Shown in pieces: positions 28,090-42,562 of a stretch of DNA of 64,000 nucleotides; position 1 is the stretch's first letter; the number at the start of each line of letters is the position of its first letter. The position numbers were made by a program, and so were the translations under genes. This DNA comes from the human T2T-CHM13v2.0 reference genome, Homo sapiens. The notes below the pieces were generated by a model. It did no database searches. It had not been told where the DNA came from and saw nothing but the letters and a program-made list of their open reading frames with translations. The DNA lies in assembly GCF_009914755.1 (NCBI RefSeq), contig NC_060936.1. One strand, written 5' to 3'.

Positions 28090-31000
28090 TCTATGTGTTA
28101 CTTCTATTAGTGACAGTCACAGGAACTCATCTTAATGTAGGTTTTTGCCTATATTATTAATTGAAGTAAATACTAAATGTCAGTTAAATGTTGATGAAAA
28201 TAAAGATGTAATTTTCTATCATTCAAGTTTGTGGATTCTACCCCTGAATTCTATCCACAAAACCCTCAAGATTCAAGAACCCTTGATGCTGTCATATGGC
28301 CCCAGGAGTCATCAGATATAAGCACCCTAAGAAGCTGTCCAGGGGTAGCAGGGAGACTCTGTCTTCAGTGAAGGAGGACACTTAAGGCTGAAGTGGCCCC
28401 AAGAACCACCCTCATCATCTGTCAAGCCCAGATATAACCATTCTGTATCCTCAGACCTCAAAGCCTTAAAGACTCTGTCTACCACGTACACCACCCACTT
28501 CAGCTAAACCTTTCACACTTGCACAGTCCACGCCAGCATCTCAGCATCCTGAGGGTGAGTTCTTCCTGGAGATCTGACAAGGGTAGGAAACAGAGCTCAC
28601 CCACTCCTGCTGGACCCCAGCATCTGCGGGCAGGGAGAGGGAAGTTGATTTCACCCAGACCTTCACAACAGAGTTAAGCCTTCCCAGTCCATCAGACCAT
28701 CGGTCACTCTCCCAGGACTCTTTTCTCACCTCTGTTACTGCACTTTTAGACCCTATTTGATTCTCCCAGGTCAGGTCTGCTTCCCTTGAAAGCAGGGGCC
28801 ATGTCTTATTCACCTCAGCATCCTCAGCTCCCAGCCCACCCAGGACCCAGCACCTAGTAGGTGCTCAGTAAATGTCTGCTACATGAAAAGCAGGAGAGAG
28901 GGGCCAGAGACTGAGCCTGGCAGGTCCCTCCTGGCAGTTGCTTTACAGCTGCTGTGACTGCCCAACCAGCCCCAGACCGATAAAGACCCTGAACTTATCA
29001 AGTGACAAATGCAGAAGGGCTTTCCTTCTCAATGTGTGTCTCAGAGCCCAAAACATCTAGCAGTGCCATGAAGAGGGACGATTAGCAAGATAGAAACCAA
29101 CTGTCCCCCGAGTCTCTCTTCACCAAATGCAGACATTGATGTGAATGACAGTAGGAAGCACGGGTGATACTCAAGATATTTAACAACCAGCATAACACAT
29201 TGCGAATCAGGGCAGGCACCAGCCACGAACACCAAGTACAGTCGTACCAGGAATACCAGTCAGATAGGGAGATAATAACTTTGCTAGGAGGAAGACAGAC
29301 TAACGCAAGGAAGCCAGACTCCCTTAGCTTATTTGTCTGCATAGACTCTATAATGTCAGTATTTAATCTGATTAAGGCATTAACCAGCAGTCTGACCTTG
29401 TGCCAGTCACATATTCTCTCTGGGCTTCAGTTCCCGCTCTAAGATGAAATTGAAAGAAATTATCCAAGCTGTTGTTACAACTATAATGTCCTATGATCCC
29501 ATCTTCTCACACATCACAGGTGGCACCCAGTAACAAAGAAAATCAGCAAAGCACACAGCTGGCTAAGGTGATGCACAGACCAGAAACCCTTGACAAGGAC
29601 AACCGTGACATTCGTTGAGCCATAGCATCTGGTACTGCAGTTTGGGATATGGCAGATCAAAGCCCAGAAACCTCCTTCCAACCCCTTCTGAGGAATCCTA
29701 GAGATCTCCAGAAGCACCCTGTCAGTTGGTAAAAGACTCCAGACATAAAGGACTTGGTAAAGAGCCACACCCAGCTCCCTTCCTCCTCCGTGTAAACCCT
29801 CAGCCTGCTTTTCACTAGACCCACTGCCCAGCTTTGTGCAAAACCTGGACACTGCTCATCTCTGTGGCTGGGTGAGTGCCACCTCCTGGGGAGTATGAGA
29901 GAATAAAGAACAAGAGGAGCAGAAGCAAGAAGACCTTATTTCAAGGCCCAGCCCTGCTACTCACCCACTTGACAAGGTGCTTTACGTTTCCTAGTCGGTG
30001 AGAAGGGACATTAGCTGCTCTAACCTCCTCAGGGTTGGGGAGGTTGGGGTGGGGGGAGGCTAAAACGAGCATCAGAGGAGAATGCTGAAGGTTAATGTTT
30101 TCATTATAGAGTCTTTGGAGATGGAAATAGACATGTACCTGGATTTGGGGGCTTGGAGGCTTGCCTTGCCCCTCCCTGCTTTCCCTGTGCATCCCCACCC
30201 CAGGCTGCCCGGAGGCGTCCCCTCTGAGATCAAATCCAGCCAGCCCTACTGTGCCTCCCTGTCTCAGCTGTGCGGTCCCAGGGGCAGGGGCTGCAGAGTT
30301 CTTTGTTGTGTTCCCCAAAGATCCCTCGGGGTAGGAAAGAGGCAAGGGAGAAGCCCAAGGTCCCAGCCTGCTGCCTCAGGGTGGGACAAGCAGGACAGGA
30401 ACACAGCCAAAGCCAGAGGGAAATCATCGCATCTTCCCCAGTCATTAGTGTGAGCAGCAGCGGCACGACTGTTCCTACACTCAGGAGAGCATGGCAGCGT
30501 CACGAATAAACAGTAGAGACGAGGGCATCATTAAAACCCATATTTGCATTTTCCCTGCGTTTGCTATATCCTTTCCTAGGAACACAAGCAACCATCCCAC
30601 TCCAGAGGAGAAAATAGCCTCATTTTATAATGGAGTCAATGGGGGCCTGGAGATCCCCATCCCATAGAAATACACCACGCCCCGATCCAGCACCAGCAGC
30701 CTGCCCTCTGTGGATGTCCAAGACGGAGCAACGGGCAGGAAGGCCTCCAGGGGACGCTGTCACCCTAGAAAACCAAACAGCAAGGTTTTCCTAAGGATTC
30801 TAAGCCCTAGTTTCCCCAGCAAAGCAAAACCAAGCCAGACTTGAGAATTATAAGAGGAGAACTGCTTCAAGACAAGTTTTATATAGGTAAGAGTGAGGAA
30901 GACAGCGGCAAGTCTGAGTGTTCGCCCTGTGAGGTGATGGACTGATCTGGGTCCCAAAAAATGGTCACCCAGGGCCAACCTGTGCTTCAGAGGCCACAGA

Positions 31001-31566
31001 GCAGCCTCCAGGGAGGGCAAAAAGCCCAGAGTCCAGTGGGCTCACGGCCCTGGCGCCACACGCTCCTTCTGGAAAGGAAGAATAGGTACTCCGTAAATCA
31101 GTCCCGCTTTGAATACGTAACTGCTGACCTCTGCAGAGAATCTCTGTGAATTCTGGGGAGGGAGGAAGAGAAAACTACTATAAAGTGCTTGGTTGGTTCT
31201 CCTCGGGATGACAAGGATCCCAGAAGCTCCAAAGCTCAGACAGGGTCCAAATCCCAGCAGGACCCCTTAGTGGCAGCGTGACCTTGGCCAAGCCACTTGG
31301 CCTGTCTCCTCCAAGATGGGAATAACAGCCCCTTGCAGGGTATTCATGAAGACTAAATGAGCACAAGTGAAAGCAAAACCACACGTGATGAGGCTCACAA
31401 AAGGCACTCAGAAAAGTCCGTTTTCTTCCTTAAAACCATAGATTAAATCTCACTCTAAAGACAGAATTTCTGAAAGTCACCCCGACCTCTTCCTGAAAAG
31501 GAGGTGGAAAGTGGGATGGCGACAGAGCCTGAGAAACAGTGGCAGCTGGTTTTAAGAAAGTGAAGC

Positions 31567-31872
<306 letters not shown>

Positions 31873-33603
31873 CTAAATGGGCCTCCCTGGGAGGGCACGA
31901 TGTCACACACCCAAGATATCCCCCTTTGACTCAGTGCTGCAATTCAGGTTGAGATGCCAGACATCCAGGCTCTGCCAGACCTACAGGGTGAGGAGTCAGG
32001 GGTCAGAGACATCTCATGGCATAGGAGGAGGGAGTCTCCTCTCTGCAGAGAAAGGATTTGGGAAATTCCTGGATTCACACCTGATACCGAGACAGAGTAG
32101 GGCTCCACCTCCCGAAAGCAGCTGTGGGCCCCGAGACTTCCCTGATGGTACGCTGTCCCTTCCAAGAACAGCCCGTAGACCTGCTGGCGATGCCAGGCCA
32201 CGCTGAATTTTAAAGCCAACTTCTGCTATCAGTTCCCTGGTGGTCCCTCAATCTCAAGAAAGCCAGCCCCTAGTAAGGGGGCACCTGGCCTCCCTGTCAT
32301 GCCATTCTCCATTTCCAATTTCAGCTATCTAGCTGCCCACAAGGATGAAGCTTGGGGCCATGTCTGCTAGGATTTCAGGGCCTGCAAGGTGAGAGGTCTT
32401 TAGCTAAAAGTCTACAAACATGCCCTCCTGGCTTCCACAGGATTGTACTGTGCCTGGTTCTCAGACCCCTCCCTCAGGTGCCCCTGGTGACACCCATGCA
32501 TGTGAGTCTCTGCCTCTGCCCTGCTTGCTCTCTGGGTCAAAGCAGGAGGTTTCTTTAAGAGAGAGTGGGAGGAGGTGGGCCGACCAGACCTCCCCAGAGC
32601 TGTGTCAGAGCCTGTTCAGCTCACCCACTCGCAGTCCCGCCAGGACTACAGGAAACTCTCTGGACGCTCAAGGCTGGGGCAGTCTCCTGAACTGCTTAAA
32701 TTAGCCCCCCACTCTGACACAATGCACAGCACCAACAGGTGGCCCTCATTTATATGAATTGGTAGGGTGCAGACGTCTCTGTCACCCATAAGCATCTCCA
32801 ACGACGTCTTTAAATGAAATTCTAATCAAACGGTCAAACTAAGAAAGCAAATGTTCATACTTGAAAGAAAATTTAGTATTTTATCAAATGACATATAAAG
32901 ACATTTGATAAAATGCTGAATTGTCTTTGAAATATGAACATGGACAATATCAATACATGGAAATATGCACAAAAAATGAAAAAGTGAAATGCCAAATGGA
33001 AGGTATGTGCCAATTATCATCCTGTCAAAAGCATGCCCAGGTATCAAGGAGGGTGGGAAGTGAATTATCTGCTATTCAGAGTTCAGTGGATGCGAAGTTC
33101 TTTTGATCTGTAAGGCTAAGTGAATCATTTTTAATGGGTCTCTGATAGGAACCCATTTGCTCTCCATTTGCCTTAAAGTCAATGAACCCAGAGCCTAAAA
33201 GATTGCCCAGCTCAGAAGGGTGGGACAGCTGAGCAGGTGGGGCCACCGCACCTACTGTTCAAACTGCCACCAGGTGCAGTCAAGCAAGTCTCCCTCTCCT
33301 GTGAAGCCCCCATTCCAGGCTGCTGCTCACAGCCAAGGCCAAGCATCTTAACATGGTGAAAAGTTGTTCAGAACCTCACAGCCTCTAGCTGATGAATCTC
33401 CAAGCACAGTTTAACACCAACATGGCATGGAGGGAGCAGGGGATATCACAGAATGCTGCCCCAAAGGAGGCGACGATTCATTCTCGATCCTTTTTTTCAG
33501 TGGCACACAACTGGAAGCAACCTAAGTGTTCATTATTACTAGGGGAGTGACTAGGTACACTGTGGTGGCTGCAAACTGCTCATTCATTAAAATAATGGAG
33601 TCT

Positions 33604-33908
33604 GGCCAGGCACTGTGGATCACCCCTCTAATCCCAGCACTTTGGGAGGCTGAGGTGGGTGGATCTCTTGAGGTCAGGAGTTCAAGAACAGCCTGGGCAA
33701 CATGGTGAAGCCCCGTCTCTACAAAAAATACAAAAATTAGCTGGGCATGGTGGCACACACCGCTGGTCCCAGCTACTCAGGAGGCTGAGGCAGGAGGATC
33801 ACCGGCACCTGGGGAGTTGAGCCTGCAGTGAGCTGAAATCACACTGCTGCAATCCAGCCTGGGTGACAGAGTGAGGCCTGGTCTCAAAAATAAATAAAAA
33901 TAAAATAA
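33604..33908 (+). mobile_element. Alu (AluJ-like) inserted in an old L1M 3' fragment (~33500-34370)
   Basis: Alu consensus; taaaataatgga repeated on both sides. Confidence 0.88.
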
Positions 33909-34882
33909 TGGAATCAATGTACATGCAGAACGTGAATGGATCTGAAAAATAAAGTGCTAGAGAAAAAAGTAAAAAACAGAATGGGCTATAAAACAGTACC
34001 TTCTATGTAAATTAAGAATGCATACAGTTCTGAGAAACTGTCACCACCAAGAGAAGTCTTAGGAGACCTGACAACTCTGAATAGAAAAATCGCAGCAGGT
34101 TAAAAAAAAAAAAAAAAAAAAAAGGCAGCAGTAAGGAAATCTGAATAAAGTGTGAATTTTAGTTAATGATAATGTGTCAGTATTAGTTCATTAACTGTAA
34201 CAAATGTATCCTATTAATGTAAGGTGTTAATAATACAGGAAACTGGGAATGGGGTAGATGGAAACTCTGTACAATCTTCCAATTTTTCTGTACATCTAAA
34301 ACTGTTCTACACAATAAAGTCTTTTTTTTAATTTAAAAAAAAAAACAAAACACTGTATCTTTTCCAGAACGACGATGCCTTGGAATGACTGCCTGCGAGG
34401 TAGCAGGCAGTGCAGAGTCAGGGGGAGATTTAAATAAATAACCCAAGTTATTGTGCAGATCAGTGATAGTAATGTGCCATGGCTGAAAAGTAAACTCAAC
34501 GCTTTACACGCGAGGTCCCAGCACAGATCATAATAACTACCTTTTGGAAGACAGAGACAACGCTGCAAGACAGTAGGCCACAATGAGAGGTGGAAGTCTG
34601 ATGACAGGGACGCTGGGGGAGGCTGTGTCACCTGGAGTAGCCTCATGAAGAAGTGCTGAGTGGCCTTGAAGCCATGGGTGGGGGCTGAGAGGGAGGAGTC
34701 TGGGTGGTTATACAACAGGAACAACAATCCAGGACCCCAGTCTAACACTGGTCAGTCGCAAGAGCCATCTCTTTGCCCTCCAAATTCCCAGCCAAAGTGG
34801 GGAACATCTGACAGAAACCAGAATGAAGCATGGTGGGGAGACGGGGGCAGCCAAGATGGGCAGTGGTGTTGATAGTAGCATT

Positions 34883-35053
34883 AAGGGTGGCCAGGACCAT
34901 TACATTTTAATTTCAGATCCATAGTGAATAATTTTTAGTGTATGTCCCCAATATTTCATTGTACATGCTAAGAAAAAAAAAGTATTCACTGTTGAACTGA
35001 AACTCAAATTTAACTAGGCATGCTGCATTTTTGTTTGCTAAACCTGGCAACAG
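34883..35053. mobile_element. MER53 (hAT-type MITE)
   Basis: agggtggccag ... aatttcagat ... tatgtcccc ... ctgaaactcaaatttaact ... aacctggcaac matches the palindromic MER53 layout. Confidence 0.75.
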
Positions 35054-35142
35054 TAAATAATAATAATAGCAGTAATATTCTTTGTTAGTGTTCTAGGTAC
35101 TTTATTTAGTTACCTTGTTTCATCTTCATAATAACCCAGTGA

Positions 35143-35478
<336 letters not shown>

Positions 35479-36039
35479 TGTTATTTCCTTTTTATAGACC
35501 AGGAAGCTTTACCAAAAGGATGAGGTAAGCTAAGCAAGGTCATGAGCTAGTAAGTCAGGCCTGGAATGTGAACATATGTAATTGGCCTTAAGAGCTCACT
35601 CTCTTGAGCACAGACATACTGCTTCCCAACCAGGCAGCTGAGTGAAGCCCTGGCCTCTGCTCCCTAAGACCCAACAACAGAGGTACGCACCACAGCTCCC
35701 ACATTGGTAAGTTCCTGGAGCGAGAATGCATCTTCACCTTGGAGAGACCATCTCAGCAGACCCCAGCTGGAGCCACCAAGTGAGCTCTGGGTTTCAAAAA
35801 GTGAAAATCAGCACTCCCACAGCAAGGAAGCCTAACGCATCCCTAAGAGAGCTCCCTCTTCCTACATGGGTGGAAAGACTAACCCAGGAAGAATGTCTTC
35901 TGCCTTAAGGGTCTGGCAAAGCAGCACAGGCCAGCACCATGAGGCATGAGCCAGGCCACATGCCATTCTGCCTAGGGACAGGGGAAAGGAAAGGATGAAT
36001 GACCTCTGGGGATCCCTTCCAGTTTGAGGAAAGCATTAA

Positions 36040-36346
<307 letters not shown>

Positions 36347-36892
36347 AACTTAAATCTTATCAGGCAAACTTCTGATGAAAATGGCACCTCAAGCCTCAGC
36401 ATGACACCTTTTAAAATCATCATGATGAGCATTTATTGAGCACCTATTATGTACCAGACATTGTGCTGAAATTTTCATTGCTCCATCTAATGATGAGGCA
36501 TGTTTAAGTATAATCCAGCAAGGCATCTATTACTTTGCAGATAAGGGACCTGAGGTTCAGGGAGGTCACTCATATACTCAGCTGACACTTATTAAGCACC
36601 TATATGTGCCAGAGTCTGTCCTGGGTGCTGGGGATGTGCAGCGAGCCAAACAAGATCTCTGCCTTCATGGAGCTAGTGGGAGCACAGATAAAAAACAAAC
36701 AAAAAAAGTCTATCATTGTTATTCCAGGTGGCAATGCTGAGTGTGATGAAGAAAAGTAAGGCAGGATCGAGGGACAGAGAGGGACGGGGTGGGGGTATTT
36801 TGGCTAGGATGGTCAGGGAAGATGTCAGGAAGGAGGTGACATTTGAGCAGAGAGCTGAAGAGAGGGAATGTGATGCACAGGTCTGAGGAAGA

Positions 36893-37603
<711 letters not shown>

Positions 37604-37637
37604 AAGGGAAGGTCATTTTTAAAGGATCACTGTGGTG

Positions 37638-37750
37638 TGGATAAATGGATGGATGGATGGATGGATGGATGGATGGATGGATGGATGCATGCATGCATGC
37701 ATGGGTGGGTGGACAGATGGGTGGATGAATGGATGGATAGGTGGATATGT
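37638..37750 (+). repeat. (GGAT)n microsatellite
   Basis: Tandem ggat with a gcat/gggt interruption. Confidence 0.9.
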
Positions 37751-38187
37751 GTATGAATGGATTTCCATGGATTCCCTTGCACTGACCAGAGGTGAGAGTA
37801 TCTATAGCTTATAGGTTGATAAAATATGTCCTATGTATGTCCCAACTCAGTTTCCAAATACATCTCAAATCAGCTCCCTCAGGGGACCCCAGACAAGCGC
37901 ATTCCTTAGTGAATGAGATTCATATAGAGGAATTTTATTCCAAAATTCAACAAGGAAACTAGGTCTTCCTCCCAAGGAAACCATATGGAGAAGGCCACTA
38001 GATGTGGCCTGAGAATGTCAAGAAGAAATTTCTTGCCTTTAATGTCTAACTAGGCTAACTCCCAACTCCCAAAGAACAGATTGGCACACCACCACCCCAC
38101 CACTACTACCTGGAATCCCCTAATCAGGACCACTAGCAACACAAGACTCTTTCTCAAGCCCTTGGGCAAGAAAATCTGGTTTCTCCA

Positions 38188-38578
<391 letters not shown>

Positions 38579-38643
38579 TCACTAGGAGCCCGGTTCTGTG
38601 GTGCCATTCCATCTCCAAGTCCCTGGCCACCCGCCTGACTCAC

Positions 38644-38970
38644 CTCCAAGTCCTTCTCAAGCTCCAGTCCAGCCTCCATCAGATTGTGCTCAAATTCCTC
38701 CCGCTGCTCCTTCCTCTCCTCCTCCAGGGCATCGAGCGGTCCCAGCTCAATGTCACCTGGGCCCCCAGCATGAGGCTCCTTGCCTGTCTCCCCATTGGAG
38801 ACGATAGCCAGCGAGTGGCCAGGGAAGCCTTGGGCCAGGTGCACCCCGCGTTTCCGGTAGTGGTAGGCAAGTACATAGTCGACCTTCCTCTGACTGTCAT
38901 GGAAGTGCATGCGGCTAAGACGGGCCTCCAAGGACACAGGCTCATTGGCATCCAGATAGTTGTTGATGAC
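38644..38970 (-). CDS. ANO2: ANO2 coding exon 3 (327 nt; [10 protein letters not shown]...GLELEKDLE, aa 70-178)
   Basis: Acceptor ctctctctggccAG|GTC and donor GAG|GTGAGT, phase 0/0. Encodes the anoctamin N-terminal motifs RKVDYVLAY and [16 protein letters not shown]. Contained in ORF 38485..39000(-). Confidence 0.97.
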
Positions 38971-39550
38971 CTGGCCAGAGAGAGAGGAGAGGCAGGGCAA
39001 GGTCTGGTGAGTAAGGGGTGAGAAACAGAGGAGGCTGATCTATGCTCTGGGCTCAGGGAAACGGACTCAGAAGCAAGCCTCTCAGGCCCAAAGGCCCCCA
39101 GTGCCCCCAGTAAAAGGACCGAATGGCCTAAGTTAATCTGTCATGCCAGCTTGCGAGGCCCTCCACCCACCTGTTGACAGTCTGGGCATCGGTGCCTTCA
39201 CACATGCTCCAGCATCCATGCACACACACACTCACACACAGACTGTACCTGCAGCAGCAAACCCCTCACAACCGCACTCCTGCCTCCACACACAGAACCA
39301 CACGCCCACGCCTGCACACACACATGCAAGCACCTGCAGATGCACACGCAGCCACCTCTACCCTTGTCTCCCTGCACCAGCACTCCTGCACCATACAGGT
39401 GAAGGGGCCTGTGTACACGCGTATCTACCCGAGTGCGCTCTAACACACACACCCCCTTCCACAGGCACCATGGCCCACACACGCTCACCTCCTTGCAGAT
39501 CTGCACCTCTGCCTGCAGATACACTATATATTTAAACACAGAATACTCAC

Positions 39551-39571
39551 AGGCAGGTTCTCTGGATCCAT
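39551..39571 (-). CDS. ANO2: Candidate alternative first coding exon of ANO2 (MDPENLP) in intron 2
   Basis: Minus strand reads ccaATG GAT CCA GAG AAC CTG CCT|GTGAGT: 21 nt, phase 0, in frame with exon 3. 5' end not defined. Confidence 0.55.
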
Positions 39572-39865
39572 TGGAACAAAGACCAATTTCTAGTCACCAG
39601 ACCCGACCCCTACCCTCCCACCCACGGGAATTCACCAGGCACTATTCACAGCCCCACATCCTCCTCTCCAGCCACTGGTGAGGGCCCTTTCAAAGACAGC
39701 AGCAGGGAACTGACTTCTGCTGTCTTCCACTCCAGAGGTGGGGAGGTGGAAAGAAGAGGAGGAGAGAGAACACGATGAAGCAGGGGAGGGACCGGCCTCT
39801 CCCCGTGGGTGTTTCCCTGTTTATTACTGGTTTGAAACCCAGCTGCCTCTGCAGCCACCTGAGAG

Positions 39866-39879
39866 GTCACCTGGGCAAC
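39866..39879. promoter_or_regulatory. RFX X-box motif
   Basis: GTCACC-TG-GGCAAC fits GTNRCC(N0-3)RGYAAC and lies ~300 bp upstream of the candidate MDPENLP exon. Confidence 0.45.
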
Positions 39880-40223
39880 CAGATGAAGCTCCAGGCACAA
39901 GGGAGAGACTCAGAGCCACCATAGCAGAGAAGACAGTTGCTCAGGCTTGCAGGAGGGGAACCAGGGGGCCTGCAGACCAACTGGCAGCATCGACTGGCCT
40001 CCCACGCCTCCTCCTTTCCTGACCCTCCTCTGACCAGAACAGGGCACTGGGAAAGTGTGCCTGACTTGGAGACAGAGAAGAGAAAAGGCCCTACCCAAAC
40101 CTAGGTCTCTCTCTTTCACGCACACATGTGCTCCCAACTGGAGGATCCCCCAGACCAGAGGCTCCTTGGTGGCCTGCAACAGGGCTGGCCTATCCCCCCA
40201 CCCCACCCCCGCCCAGTACTCAC

Positions 40224-40408
40224 AGAGCTGCTGCGGGTGCTCTCTCCACCGCAGGGCTGGCCAGGATCTCTGTTGGAACCGCCCTGCAGACCTGGGGCCC
40301 GGGGACCTGGCATCTTGAGACACTGCTGTCCATGTTTGGGGCCCTGGCCCCCTCTGGACCCTGCCTGAGGGCTCAGCCGGCGTGGGGAGCCAGGGAGCAG
40401 GGGTATAT
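40224..40408 (-). CDS. ANO2: ANO2 coding exon 2 (185 nt; [17 protein letters not shown]...GGESTRSSS)
   Basis: Acceptor tccctctcacAG|ATATA and donor TCT|GTGAGT. G from exon 1 plus AT gives Asp8; 22+185=207 nt (69 codons). Contained in ORF 40116..40436(-). Confidence 0.95.
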
Positions 40409-40611
40409 CTGTGAGAGGGAAAGACAAGGGAGGCAAAACAGCCTCAGGTGAAGGAAATCCAAGACACTGAGGTACTGAGTGTACTCAGACACTAGCCCTG
40501 AGAAAATGGCCCATTTTGCTTCACAGCTGCCTCCTTGGTTAGTCCCTAAAGCCCAGGTTCACACTGACCACAAGGAAGGGAGCATGGAAAAGGAAGTGCG
40601 GCCCCCCGACT

Positions 40612-40913
40612 GCATACACACACGCACACACACATACACACACATGCACGCACACACACCCACATACACACACACATGCACACATACACACACGCATACA
40701 CACACACACGCACACACACACATACACACACATGCACGCACACACACCCACATACACACACATCCACACATACACACACGCATACACACACACACACACG
40801 CACACACACATACACACACACGCACGCACACACCCACATACACACACACATGCACACATACACACACGCATACACACACATACACACACACACACACACA
40901 CACGCACACACAC
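40612..40913 (+). repeat. Complex (CA)n-rich alternating purine-pyrimidine tract
   Basis: ~300 bp of CA/TA/CG dinucleotides with recurring blocks (catgcacgcacacacacccacatacac). Confidence 0.95.
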
Positions 40914-42162
40914 AGCGTGGAGCCACCAGCAGGAGCTCCTTCGGATCATGGCTGTCATAATCTCTCATAATTCCCAGATAAGAAAGGGGTGGCATTGAGC
41001 AAGTCAGGGTGGTGGGGGGGCACTGCCTGGAGAGACACCTTGAATTAATACCAAAGGCTTAGGCTTTGGGCCTCTCCCGTGGCAGCAGCACCAGCTGGCA
41101 CCCTGGCCAGCCCCCACCTCCCTCGGGGAGAGAGCAAGGACAGACCAAGGGGGTCCTCTGAACAACTGAACAAAGGACTGTCCTCCAGTGTCCTTTCAGG
41201 GTCCTCACGCACCTGCTGCCTCTACCCAGGCCCCAGAGGTCTGCAGCCCCTTCTCGGCAGGAATGCAGGACCACTTCAGAAAAATTCCAGTGTCTCCCCT
41301 GAAGGGAAAAGTCCCTAGTAGGTGATGGAATGACTGCATGCTAGAATTGGAGGGAACTGAGAGAGTAGATAGTCCAGCTGCACTTTGTACAGACCCCACT
41401 GGAACCGCGAGTTGCCAAGGTCTCAGCGCAGGTCAGACTCAATCTATTCTCTCCTCTGAGAAACACTTCCTAGAAAAGCAACACAGCCAGTGCCCAGGCT
41501 TAAACCTCAGCTCTGCCACTTGCCAGCTCTAAGACCTCTTTGTGCTTGTTCTCTAGCTGTAAAATGAGAATCTCAAACTTGCAGGATTGCAGTGAGAATG
41601 AGAATAAGATAATGCCTGCAAAGCACCCAGAGCAGTGATTAGCCTGACGGCATGTGATCAAAGGCTGTGATTAGAATCGTTAGTGTTTGCATTTTAACCT
41701 CCAAGTGAGCAGAAGTAACACCTTATGTCTCCAACTCAGCCCTAAGCACCTGCTCAGTGAATGAATGAACAAAAGCAACTCTTCCAGTCTGTTGAAACAG
41801 AACTCCCGGCCCTTTGCCAACTTGTGGAGCAGCCCCTTAGGTGCTCAGCCCTCCAGCGCAGTTTCAGGGGTCCTAGAACATTCGGTCCCTGCACTTGAGA
41901 AACATAATCTCTTTATGAAGACAGAGCTGACATGCAGGAAACACAACTGTGACCAGCAGAGGAAAGCTTTCATCATTCCTTTCTATACTGTGGGTTCTAG
42001 TCCACACTGTGGGAGACCAGAAAGACTAAGTCAAAGTCGGCTTCTGGGGTAACTGAGCCAGAGCTGGGTCCTGGAGGGTGGGTAGCTTCTGAAAGGCCAG
42101 GAGGCACGGGAGGCACTCCCTAGGGAGACAGCACAGAAGGGCAGGCGTGGGCACACCTTGTG

Positions 42163-42562
42163 GGAGGAAAATGAAAACTCAGGACCCCATATCACTCTGC
42201 CGAAAGGAAAATATTAAGCCGAAAGCTGAGTCAGGCAAGACGCTGCCTTTCCTTTTGTTCCTAAGCAGACAGCTACAGATAAAAGGCTAGATAGCTCCAC
42301 AGGCAGCTACTCTATATTCACCTTGTCCAAAGCGCAAGATGAATACATCATTGATAATTCCCTAACTGCTCCTTTTCTCTTGCAACATGCAGATTCCCAC
42401 AGCCTCCCTCTTTCCCCCACAGCCTGCTTTTCCCCGTTAAATATTGAAGCCCTCAAAATGATCTTTGGAGAAAGACACAGACCTCTCTTCCAACCACATT
42501 CTTAACGTTGGCAAAATAAACGAAATTGATTGAGGCCTGTCTCAGATATTTTTTGGTTTACA
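42163..42562 (+). mobile_element. ERV1 solo LTR (MER4 group)
   Basis: gaaaactcaggacccc...ctgcctttccttttgttcctaagcagacagctac...aataaa...ttttggtttaca; possible TSD tgtg. Confidence 0.7.

Noticed and set aside
40479-40998. HT- and CV-repeat ORFs
   Set aside because: Translations of the (CA)n tract.
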